Shown here: piece after piece, positions 22,990-35,000 of the stretch
Layout of the letters: every line of letters begins with the position of its first letter
Numbering within the stretch: the stretch's first letter is position 1
NCBI RefSeq assembly: GCF_947568905.1
Contig: NC_079167.1
Span: forward strand, 80,662,001-80,726,000
Reading direction: 5' to 3'
Length of the DNA stretch: 64,000 nucleotides
Source: Ostrea edulis
Taxonomy: Eukaryota
Translations under genes and position numbers: made by a program
Notes under the pieces: model-generated
What the model saw: the letters and a program-made list of their open reading frames with translations, nothing else
What the model was told of the DNA's origin: nothing
Databases searched by the model: none

Positions 22990-23808
22990 ACTTTGACAAA
23001 TTAAAAAGTGTGTTAAGTTACTGGTACAGACTTGAAAATCTTGGTCAGTCGTTTCCACTATTGTTTGATGCATATCGAGAATCAAAATTACTTTTTGAAC
23101 AAAACAATTCATCATGGTTTGGTTCTATAAACTGTTTCATAACCAATATTAATGGGGTTAAAGATTTGCCCTTTAAAGGAGCATACCAGTTTTAAAAGGC
23201 TCTTGGCCTTCACACCTTACATTAAATTCAGATAAAAAAAAAAAAACGAAGTTGCTTTTCTACTTTTAAACAAAATTTTGGTTTTGAAAATTATTTGAGA
23301 TCAATTAAAAATTTTGAGCAAAGGAGAAGTCTAACACGTTTCCGTATATCAGCTCATAGACTAAACATTGAAAGGGGACGTTACCAGAAAATCCCTCGAC
23401 ACGACGAAAAACATTTTTTATTCTCATGTAGTCATTTATCAGAAGAAAGGGTTATTTTATTCCAAATGATGGACAAATCATGTAAGAATTTTGTAAAGAT
23501 GGACAGTGATCAAAAGCTTATCTGGCTAATGACCAATGAAGATGAAAATATCCTCATCCAAATTAGTAAGATGATTTTAAACAGTGGGATATAATACTAC
23601 AAATGTTACATTTCATTGCATTATGCACATTTTCTTTCTTCATCGTATTTTACACTTGTAGGCTGTCTTGGCTACTGGGAGTCTGGTACAACAATTTATT
23701 ACCAGACTGTTAACAGGCAGTCCCTTGGTGCTCCCTGTAAACAGGTCAACATATTGTGTTTTGTTTGTGTGTTTGTTTTTTTATTCTCTCATATAACGCT
23801 ATTATTCT
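22990..23808 (+). repeat. Right copy of the ~820-bp direct repeat
   Basis: Starts exactly 3000 bp after the left copy (ACTTTGACAAATTAAAAAGTG..TATAACGCTATTATTCT). Confidence 0.95.
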
Positions 23809-24230
23809 CTTTTATATAAGTATATTCTAACCTTCCTGCTTTAGACATAAAACATTCAGAATAACTGGATCCTGCGTGTACAAATGTAATATACTTGCAT
23901 GCTGTATTCAGTAAGATGATTTTGAACAGTGGAATGTGATACTACAAGTACATGTCTTTGCTTTGTACACATTTCCTTTACTTTACAATAGTAAGCTGTC
24001 TTGGTTACTGGGAGTACAAGACCAACAGTCTGGTACAATAAATTTTAACAGGCACTGTCCCTTGGTGGCCCCTGTAATCAAGTCAATAATTCATACTTTC
24101 TTTAACACTTCGTACAATTGTTTTCATTTATATAATTATTCTATTATCTCCCTGCATTAGCATAAAACATTCAGAACAACTGGATCCTACACGTACATGT
24201 GTTTTATACTTGCATACTCTTCTTACTGAA
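23570..24230 (+). repeat. Older diverged tandem duplication (~320-345-bp unit) of LINE 3'-UTR sequence
   Basis: GATTTT(A/G)AACAGTGG.., GCTGTCTTGG(C/T)TACTGGGAGT.., AACAGGCACTGTCCCTTGGTG and CATAAAACATTCAGAA(T/C)AACTGGATCCT each occur twice. Confidence 0.7.
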
Positions 24231-24254
24231 ATATAATTATACCGATTTGATTAC

Positions 24255-24260
<6 letters not shown>

Positions 24261-24313
<53 letters not shown>

Positions 24314-24320
24314 TATATAT
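24261..24320. repeat. (AT)n microsatellite
   Basis: ~30 AT units with one interruption. Confidence 0.95.
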
Positions 24321-24706
24321 AGTTTATTCACCAATCAAGGGCCCTGGGGGGGGGGGGTGTACATGTTAACAGGCAATTAATCATAACAATGAAAATAAAT
24401 AACAATCATTTAGAAGTATGTATATATATGTATTCACACAACACTATCATTATCTGCTGTCCCACAAACTGATGTGTGAAGCAGTTGGGTTATTTTATTT
24501 ATCATGTTGTTAATTTAAATCTTGTCTGTAATCAGTATTTCATATATAATTATAGATATGTGCAGTGCAGAAGTGTGAACTCTGTCAGTATTACCGGTAG
24601 TACTTCTAAATGATTGTTATTTATTTTCATTGTTATAATTAATTGCCTGTTAACATGTACATGCCCCCCCCCCCCCCGAGGGCCCTTGATTGGTGAATAA
24701 ACTATA
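24318..24706. repeat. ~100-bp inverted repeat (24318-24418 / 24601-24706) around a ~180-bp spacer
   Basis: TATAGTTTATTCACCAATCAAGGGCCC(G)n..TAGAAGTA versus TACTTCTA..(C)nGAGGGCCCTTGATTGGTGAATAAACTATA. Confidence 0.9.
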
Positions 24707-26253
24707 CGTTTAATATATCTCATATCGTTTAACATGACTGTATGCCAACATGTTTGGTAGATCGATATATAGATTTATATTGAATAAAAAGGTCGGAGAG
24801 GGCTACATTATTGCAGCTAGGCCTATATCAAATGAAATCTCACAATGTCTAAAAATAATACTTTTTAAATGGTACAACTAAAGTGTGTGTGAAAGAGAGA
24901 GAGAGATAGAGAGGGGGGGTCAACTCACGTACCCCCCCCCCCCCCCCATATTGACTTCCATGGAACTCTTAGAAATAAAGCAATGTGATTTAGATTTCAT
25001 TGTGATCTCTGGACAATTTTTAAAATTCATATTACTAAATATAAATTAAAGGAGAATGAAGTTGTTGGTGTTTTTTGTTTGTTTGTTTGTGGGTGGGGTT
25101 TTTTTTTTTCGTGGTTTAAATTTTGTTCGTTTGTTTCACTTCATGTTATATTTTATTTAACATCAAATGTGTAAGATAAAAAGCTTACTGTGTTATAAAA
25201 TAAAGTGCTAATAATAAAAAATAATTTTTTAAAAAATCACTCATTCAGCTGAGGCTCGTATGATAGGGGCGTATGACGCATCGGAACGTGAATTCCATCA
25301 AGAACTAGCTAGGCTGTTTGGAGTGAAATTATACAAGACTAACAACAGGCCTACATTATATATGTCTACTTACATATAAGTATGAGTGGGTGTAAGTTTA
25401 TTATATACACTGGCCGATTTAGATATATTGACAGGGGTTGCACCCCCCCCCCCCCAGCCCCCATTCCCTATATCCTTTGTTAGAAAAAAATATTCACGTT
25501 GATGACATGTTTTAAAAGGGAGGGGGGGGGAGCTTAATGCATGAAAGAAATAAAATCTATGTTGTACATGCACTGTATTTCAAACAATACGATGGAAAGG
25601 GACTGCAAATTAACTGATGCGGATAACTGTTAAAAAGAGATATGTTATGATGTTGAGGTATGGTAACAATGTTATAGAAACATATCTTAATTGTGTTACA
25701 GAAATATATGTTAAAGCAATATTAGCCCTAAATCGGAAAAAAAAATATTTTATTTTAAAAATATGCATTCATGATAGTTTTTTTTATGTAATTTTAACCT
25801 TAATCATGAATAAGATTAAAACTAAGTTTAAGATTTTATCAAAATCAACGGTTCTATTGAATAGTATACACTGTACCATTATATAGAGATAAATCTTTGT
25901 ACGGAAAGACAATCATGATGTAATTTTGCTTCATTCAAAGCCTCTTGATAGATTTTTTAACACAAATATCAATAACAAAAGTTTTTAAACTCTTTTTTTT
26001 CCCGGCCATTGAAATATTCAATCACAATTTTACAACAAAAATTGTCAACACCAAAATGACACCTAGTATTGCTTTCACAATGTAAGTTAACAATGTTATA
26101 GAAATGCATGTTAACTGTGTTAGAATTGCTTGATCCCTCTCGTAATCTGATAATCCATTTAGGAGCAGGAGCATTCCTTTTCTAATTTCAATATAGAAAG
26201 GTATGTTCATAAAATATATCATGAAATGGTCTGGAGAGTGTCATCCACACGTA

Positions 26254-28266
26254 TCAAGATATCAAACCAGAATATAACAAGATATCAGACAGAATATAAC
26301 AAGATATCAGACAGAATAAAACGGGATATCAGAGCATACCGAGATATCAGACAATATATCGAGAATTAAACAAAATATGTCAGAATATAACGAGATATCA
26401 AGTCAAAATATAACGAGATATCAAACCAGAATATAACAAGATATCAGACAGAATATAACAAGATATCAGACAATATATCGAGAATTAAACAAAATATGTC
26501 AGAATATAACGAGATATCAAGTCAAAATATAACGAGATATCAAACCAGAATATAACAAGATATCAGACAGAATATAACAAGATATCAGACAATATATCGA
26601 GAATTAAACAAAATATGTCAGAATATAACGAGATATCAAGTCAAAATATAACGAGATATCAAACCAGAATATAACAAGATATCAGACAGAATAAAACGGG
26701 ATATCAGAGCATACCGAGATATCAGACAATATATCGAGAATTAAACAAAATATGTCAGAATATAACGAGATATCAAGTCAAAATATAACGAGATATCAAA
26801 CCAGAATATAACAAAATATCAGACAGAATATAACAAGATATCAGACAATATATCGAGAATTAAACAAAATATGTCAGAATATAACGAGATATCAAGTCAA
26901 AATATAGCGAGATATCAAACCAGAATATAACAGGATATCAGACAGAATATAACGAGATATCAGAATATAATGAGATATCAGACAATATATCGAGAGTTAA
27001 ACAAAACATGCCTGAATATAAAGAGATATGAAGTCAAAATATAACGAGATATCAGACAGAATATAACGAGATATCAGCCTAGAATATAACCAGATATCAG
27101 TCCAGGATATAACAAAATATCGAGTCAGGATATAGTGATATAGCAGGCCAGAATATAACGAGATATCAAATCAGAATATAAGAGATATCAAGTTAGAACG
27201 TAGTGATATAGCAGGCCAGAATGTAACGATATCAAGTCAAAATATAACGAGATATTAGACAATATATCGAGAATTAAACAAAATATGCCAGAATATAACG
27301 AGATATCAAGTCAAAATATAACGAGATATCAGACCAGAATATAACAAGATATCAAGTCAAAATATAACGAGATATCAGACGGAATATAACGAAATATCAG
27401 ACAGAATATAATAAGATATCAGATAGAATATAACGAGATATCAGCCTAGAATATAACGTGATATCAAGTCAAAATATAACGAGATATCCAGGGATCGACA
27501 TTAACGATTGTCCGATTGTCCAAGGCAAGTGAAAACCAAGTTCGGACAAGTGAAACTCAATACACACTTGCCCGGTGGGGCAAGTGATTATTTAAGTAGG
27601 AAATATGATTATTATAATAATTGTGTTAAGCTTGATGAATATCAAATATTAGAACGTAAAGTCCAACTCCATATATTGCTGTTTTCTTTACCAAATCGTC
27701 AGATTAATAGCGAAGGCCAATTCTAGTAGATCACACTGTATCACCGATTGACAAAGAGAGATAATTAGAGTTACTGGTTGACAGGCTTATTAGAGTCTAA
27801 AATATTTCGGAAAACTAAGTTTTTCATTCGGACAAGTAAAACTTCGAGTTTACTTGCCCTTTGGGCAAGTAAGATGAAAAGTTAATGTTTATCCCTGTAA
27901 TATCAAACCAGAATATAACAAAGATATCAGACAGAATACAACGAGATACCAGCCTAGAATATAACCAGATATCAGTCCAGGATATAACAAATTATCGAGT
28001 CAGAATATAGTGATATAACAGGCCAGAATATAACGAGATATCAAATCAGAATATAAGAGATATCAAGTTAGAACGTAGTGATATAGCAGGCCAGAATGTA
28101 ACGAGATATCAAGTCAAAATATAACGAGATATCAGACAGAATATAACGAGATATCAGGCCAGAACATAACGAGATATCAGGTAGAATATAACGAGATATC
28201 AGACAATATAATGAGATAGCAGGCCAGGATTAAACAAAATATACCAGACCATAACGAGATATCAGG
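26254..28266. repeat. ~22-bp minisatellite with 119-bp higher-order repeats
   Basis: Core AGAATATAAC(G/A)AGATATC; the block starting CAAACCAG recurs at 26422, 26541, 26660. Confidence 0.95.
27489..27897. mobile_element. hAT-like MITE inserted into the minisatellite
   Basis: TIRs CAGGGAT(CG/AA)ACATTAAC, subterminal GG(G)ACAAGT/GGGCAAGT motifs; TSD imperfect (GAGATATC vs TAATATC). Confidence 0.7.
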
Positions 28267-28761
28267 TCGTGCCTTGTTTAGAAATGTATTTTATCAATTT
28301 ACAAACATTAATGTATTCATTGACATGACCATGTTGGTATTCAGCCAAGATTGATAAATAAACAGATAGAGAATCAGATTATTAACTGACATAATAGTTA
28401 ATAGTTATTACTAAGTAATTCGATGTGAAATTGATATATAAATTGACGAAGTGATATGAGTGTTGCTCAATTTGACATCTTGCCGGTACAGTCTGCAGTA
28501 GTCATACTGAAATCGATTTCACCACTTTGTCATGACGCGTGATCTCCATTATGGTGTTGGTATTCGGAGTTTCCGTCTGGAATTTTGTTAATTATTTTCC
28601 CTATACCTTCGGTGTTGACAGATATGTTAAAGTGAATCCAACACACCACGCATTTTTTCAATACTCTAGAACACATATTCACCTACAATCTTTCAAATCA
28701 CATCCATTCATTTGCCTTGACTATGGATTACTCAGTTTACCTGATCCAGATATAGGGCTCC

Positions 28762-28893
28762 GGCGGGATTCGGGTTAGAATAGATCCACTTGCTTGTCGT
28801 AAGAGACGACTGATTGGGGTGGTTCTATGGATGAGACTGTAAAAGCCGAAGCCCTGTGTCACAGCAGGTGTGGCACGAAAGAGATCCATCCCT
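28762..28893 (+). mobile_element. SINE 5' fragment with non-tRNA structured head and V-like core
   Basis: GGGATTCGGGTTAGAATAGATCC..TTGCTTGTCGTAAGAGACGAC..GTGTCACAGCAGGTGTGGCACG; homologous to 58139-58387; preceded by ~45 bp matching the PLE 3' region at ~2000. Confidence 0.75.
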
Positions 28894-29276
28894 ATACGGA
28901 TGACCCCGGATTTTACACCGTACTTCGGTGGCTACACGGACTTCTCGATTGGTATATGGACCCCTCGGTTGATACACGGATGTACACGGTACCTAGACGG
29001 ATCAATACGGAGGATTTTCTTTCGGGACGATCCGGGGTAAAAATTAAACATGTTTAATTTTTTTCACGGTTTTTCTTCACTAAGCCGTATGCATAACCGG
29101 TTTGTACACGGAGATGACGGATTGTCACGAAACATCACGGATTGACGATTTGGAGTCATCCGGCGCCTCATCCATGAATGTGTGAAATGGGCTAAGACGC
29201 CGGATCACCGCGGATGAATACAATTTTGCGTCCGGCGTCGACCGGTGTTATATTGTGACACTTCTCCGGGAAGATT

Positions 29277-29460
29277 GGCTTTATAGTGAGTCCCCCTCAG
29301 GGGGAAGTCTGGCTATATAGTGAGTTCCCCTCAGGGGGAAGTCTGGCTATATAGTGAGTCCCCCTCAGGGGGAAGTCTGGCTATATAGTGAGTCCCCCTC
29401 AGGGGGAAGTCTAGATATATAGTGAGTCCCCCTCAGGGGGAAGTCTGGCTATATAGTGAG
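29277..29460. repeat. 34-bp minisatellite (~5.4 copies)
   Basis: Unit GGCTATATAGTGAGTCCCCCTCAGGGGGAAGTCT with a CCCCC-TCA-GGGGG hairpin. Confidence 0.95.
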
Positions 29461-30783
29461 ACTTCTCCCCATACTATCAATAGTGAGGCTTCCCCCCTAC
29501 GTGCTTTGTCTGGATTTTATTTATAACATCAAATGGCATTTAGTGAGTCATCCAACAATCCGATCAATCTCATCATGAAGTAAGTATAGTATCTTTATGA
29601 TTGCATTAATTCGTGTTTTTTTTTTTTTTTTTTTTTTTTTTTTGGTTTTTTTTTTTTTTGTATCATGATCTGTCACTTTTGATATTTCAATCAACTTAAG
29701 ACAGTGTCAATCTTCTACAATTTTATTCAACAACAGCTAGAAGAAAGACCTATTTATGAAAGGCTAAAGAATAAGAACATATAAATTTCTAAAGACATAT
29801 GTTTCAAAAAATAAATTGTTGCTTGCATTAATTCTTGAAATTGAATGAATATTGAAATAAATTTAATGATATCTGTAATTCTGAAGCACGTGCGCACCAT
29901 TGAATACTAATTTGTGGATTCCGTCGCTGATTGTTGAGCGCAATGATTTAATTAATGGGCGAAACGATTCTATCAAAAATAACCATAAATCATTTATCGA
30001 TAACTTCAACTGATGACTTGACGGGATCTTTATTTGAAATACTGATATTATAGCAATTGTTTAATTAATCATTACACACTTTAAAGGAATTAATTATATA
30101 ATTAGTTGTGCATAGTGAAAAGAGTATTAATTTTATAAAGAACCCCCCTCCTCCCACCCCCACCCACCCCCGCAAAAAAAAATAATGATATCCATTCACT
30201 TAATTTATTCTTTAAACCAGCAGATTCATAAGATTGATGGTATGTGTGTACATTTGTAAATATTCAATCAATTCAGTCACCAGCCTACGTGGCTTTAGTG
30301 GAAAATTTCTCTATAGGTTACATAATTCTTTCACACTTTTGTACTGAGTAAATTGACTAATTTAAACATACTTGGTCCATGATGATATTTTTTTTAATGC
30401 ATAAACTTTTCTGATATCTGATTAAAAATGGGCATTTCGGAATAAAATGAAACACATCTATGTCATTGCGAGCACATGGCGTACATGTATATATAGACTG
30501 TCTGGGGCCTCGTGATATTCCTATAATGACCAACTTATGTTTAACCTATGATTAGAAATTCTAAACTTAGTTATTAAGGAAGACCTTCTACTGATTGTGC
30601 TGGTTAAGATTATTCTTATTATTCTTTTTTTCTTTTCTTTTTCCTAGACGCTAACTTTGAAGCTTCATATCTCGCTCATTTCTGCATGAATTTTGCTCAA
30701 ATTTTCAGGGTTTATAAACTTTACCGAACAATTTTAAATTCATGTACTACATTTCAGAAATTTCCTTCTGTTCACGGGTTATT

Positions 30784-30941
30784 TAAGGAATGACTTTAAT
30801 TCTGGGGCAAGTTATACGAGTATAACCTGGTTTGGGTCAGTTTACGCTTTATAATCCGCGAAGCGGATTATAAAAAAGCGTAAACTGACCCAAACCAGGT
30901 TATACTCGTATAACTTGCCGCAGAATTAAAGTCATTCCTTA
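30784..30941. repeat. 158-bp near-perfect palindrome with 3-nt loop (hairpin MITE)
   Basis: ~76-bp arms TAAGGAATGACTTTAATTCT..ATAATCCGC-GAA-GCGGATTAT..AGAATTAAAGTCATTCCTTA; one substitution and an A-run length difference. Confidence 0.95.
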
Positions 30942-31877
30942 TAATTTAATGCAAGAGACAAAGATGCTAACCTTCGTTTATCAAAATGTACATAAACCCG
31001 GAAAAATACAAGTCAACTGAGCCGCGCAATGATTCACTTAGCAACAACGACACGAAACGTCTAGCTGTGAAGATCGCCATCTTTAATCTTAGTTCTACGG
31101 AGTCTAGCCATTTATCAAAATATTGTATCGAAAGTAGAGTTTGTCATGATAGAAAATATGTGTAGACTATCCATGCAATGCGTATTTCGCTGCCCCTTAT
31201 AGATAGAGATCGATCGACTTTGAAGTTGCTCATCTCCGACAGGCTGAGAAAATACGGGAAACTGCATTGTTTAGGCCTACCCAAAATAAATATTCAAATA
31301 TCAGAAAATGCAATAATTTGCGGCTTTCAACTATGTAAAAACTTATACTAGATGAAAACTTACCCATGTATGCAATGTTGTCGCTAATTAGTAAGTCCGA
31401 CACAAGAAAATATGTAAGCAAATGACAAATCACGATCCAGTGTACATGTCAATGTGTCTGACGTCATGTAATAAAATATGACGTATGAATTTCTGTTTGC
31501 TTTGTTGAAAGACGGATCAAGCAATGAAACAACTCATCCCCCCTCCTCCCTTTTTCCCCAGTGAGAAATATATTTCAAAATGAACAGGGTAATGTTTACT
31601 TGGCAAATCATTAATTCGAATATAATATCTTTGTTTTAATCTATTATTCAACCATACATACAGAGAAAGATATTTTACAACAGTGATTTGCGTACAAGTA
31701 GATGCTAAATGACAACAAGAAAACAGTATGTGTATCAAACCTAAGTATCTTATTGTGCACGTTGACTTTCTATTCCATAGAAGGCTGAAAACAGTGCTGC
31801 AATGTAAATTTAGAGAGAGAAAAAAATAGTTCCGCCATCTGGTTGTCAAGGGGGTGTGTCCCCATACCAAAACCAAG

Positions 31878-32017
31878 TTATAGGATTAAACATTCTTTTT
31901 GAAGAATTTATCGATGTGTAAACTCCGGACATTTTACTTCTATGTTAAATTTGTGAGTAAAATGGCCGGAGTTTACACATCGATACATTCTTCAAAAAGA
32001 ATGTTTGATTCTTATAA
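31878..32017. repeat. 140-bp palindrome (hairpin MITE)
   Basis: AAACATTCTTTTTGAAGAAT..ATCGATGTGTAAACTCCGG..CATTTTAC / GTAAAATG..CCGGAGTTTACACATCGAT..ATTCTTCAAAAAGAATGTTT. Confidence 0.9.
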
Positions 32018-35000
32018 TTCCAATTCATTCACTATATCAACCATTGCAAAAATTTAAATAGTTTCCCCGCACTATGTTATTTGTTTTCAGGCGTGTATGA
32101 AAACATCGTGTTTTCGGATTTATTGATGTGTAAACTCTTGTTCAGCTTTATTTTTGTCCAATCAAAACAACTGTAATAAATAACATTGGAATTATTCTCC
32201 TTTGAATGAAATTTTAGGGGCTTCAGTTTCCACACAAAGGCTCCGAGACTATATAAGCTTGAGCAGAAAATGCATTGAAAATGAAAAGTAGGAGCATTGT
32301 AGTTGTGCACATCGTTTTTTGGTTTTTTTTATTACAGCGTTCGAAATGGTGGTTGACAGGGTTCAAAAATTAGGACGCCTAAAGGAGCAAAAAATTACAC
32401 ATACTTTCCTTTGAAATCTTTTAAACTAAAAATATTTTGTTAAGACGTGTAGAACAAAAGTTGTGCAAAATGTTCAGAGCTTTCTTTTGATATCCCTAAA
32501 AAGGGGCTGATCCCTTCAATTAGGGGTCTGGGGATCTTCAAAGTTTTCGCTTTATAATCCAAAAACGGTAAATATTTCGATATGGCTTTCGCTGGAAAAG
32601 TTTTCCTTTAACATGTTATTGATCTCATAAACATAATATTTTGCTCGAGTATTGTGTTATATATGAGTAAAAAGCTTGACCCGCAAACAGGTAATCGTAT
32701 CATTAAGTAGGTGAAGGGGGAAAATATGCGTATAACTTAAATAAACTTGCTTTAATTGATAAATCTGACTTCATGAAATGCTAATATTCTTTTAAAATAA
32801 GGTTTTAACGTGATCTATGGTTCCTTTAAAAATCATCTATCGACAACTTTCTTTTTTATTATTTATTAGCTTTAATATAAACAATAGTTCCAAAGAAAGA
32901 AAAAAAGAGGAAAAGGTTATCTCTTCTACGTTTGTTATTAAAACAACGATATATTTAATTGAAGAAACAAACCTTCAAGCATAGAATAACTCAGTCATTA
33001 ACTACACGCATCTTACATACACCGCGGGGTTTGTTTCTGTTTACAATTACGTAACCGCCTAGAGGAACCATCGCGTGTGAACCAGGGCATGTACACAAAG
33101 TAAAAACATTGTCGTCCTAAATATAACACAGAATGTTATGTTTTTGATAATATTGGATTTTTCGAATAATTCAGTCTTTCCGGGGATGTATATACTTGTT
33201 TATACGTCCCTGGTCTTACGTTTGATTTGTTTTAAATTCAAAACTCTAGAACATTGAGTCAGGCATCAATTTTAAAATCTGCAATTTAATATACAGTTCG
33301 TTTCTCAATCATGTCTAATTGAATGTGTGTTTAATATCGGAGATTCATCGCTGCTGGACTAGCGATCTGTGATTTCACATTACTTTAACTGAACACACAA
33401 GCTTTACTCAAATTCTTCGTTGTGAAAAAGAAAATGGATACATTTTACAAACATTATTTCTGAACATGTTTTGAAATCAATAGTTTATAATCATGATTAA
33501 ACCAAATCTAAACATGCGTATAGAATATTCAGAAACCCATGGCCGACCAGTCTCATTTCAAATGATTTGTTTTATTGTTTAAAAACAATGACTTTGATTA
33601 AACATTGATTCAGAACTCCTGGTCCAAATAATGTAACTTCGGCACGTGCCCCTGGTGTGAAATTCATACGCGACTTCTGTGCGCACTGTGTACATAATAT
33701 ACCTACATGTATTTACGCAGATAGATATTAAAGTTTAATAAAATATTCAAGATTTGAGAGCAATTTATCTGATTTGTATGTATAAATAATTCAAACTCGA
33801 TGAATCATTCTCTTCAGTCTGAATATTATGCTATCATAATTTTGTTGTATGATAGAATATTGGTAACAGCTATAAACCTTTATTGTATGTTCTGAGCCAT
33901 AAATTTCAATAATAATTTTTTCTTCATTATTGGGACTGAAAAGTTAAATGCTGAAAGAATTTAATCCCACATACACGCGCGCCTCCAAAGACTGATTCGT
34001 GAAATGAGATCATACACGCATGTACTTGAGTAATATAAATTTATTAAACATCTAACGATAAAAATTTATAGTACACCTTTATAGCTTCATTTCAATGATA
34101 TATATTAAATTCTCAAACTATTTCATAATTACATACGAGAAGTCAGAATCGCCAGCGTAGCCAAACTACTTATATCGTTACAGTACTTATCTTCCTGTCA
34201 CAGTTGATTATTTTCTTTCTAAAAACTTAACTTGTATTCGTCTTTTGTAAAATCGCTGGATAAGTATTTCAAATAATTTTTTCCGGGGTGATGTTACGTA
34301 TAACATATCAAGAGGGAAAGAAGGCGAAAGTTAGATCCCACACACACATACTCATGTACGGTTCCTGTATCAAATGTCATTTAATTTTCTACGTTTTATT
34401 TACAATATCAATCACAATTTCTCTTGTCTTAATTATCACAAACTATGAAACACGAAATCCATGCATGCACGGTGCTACATGCATATGAGCACCTGTCAAT
34501 CAACACCACTCGATTTTGTGAACTTACCCTTTAAATACGTTTGCTGGAAAATAGCATGTTTGAATTGAGATAGTACCTTAAATTGATGTTAACATTTTAT
34601 TCATTGAACAGTTAATTGAAAAATCAAATTAATCTAGTATATTTTTTTATGAATTCAACACTATAAATTAAATACAGATGCTGAATTACATATATCTTTA
34701 TGGAATTAAAAACAAACTGCTCCGCGGGCTTCGAGATTTAAGCCATCGTCCGACGATGGTATATGGCAATCTACCATTGTATTGAATGTATGGTTCAATA
34801 ATGTGACAAGTCGGTTATCTTCACTCGTGAAAGAAGGCCCATCTATATGATAATGTGAATATTACTCGGGTGCTAGAAGATAACCATTACTTAACTTGCG
34901 TGATCCAGAGAAATCACTAGAAAAGCTATCTCAAGAGCGAGGCAGTTGATTTTCACTATGTACTGCCCGCTATACTATGTATGTCAACAATTTGATATTA

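Noticed and set aside
19990-23808. LTR retrotransposon (LTR-RT-LTR)
   Set aside because: The repeats lack TG..CA ends, PBS and PPT; the RT is of non-LTR type with its own tail; the repeat is itself LINE debris.
26254-28266. CRISPR-like appearance of this array and of 44300-47137
   Set aside because: No unique spacers, monomers are contiguous and degenerate, no cas genes, eukaryotic context.
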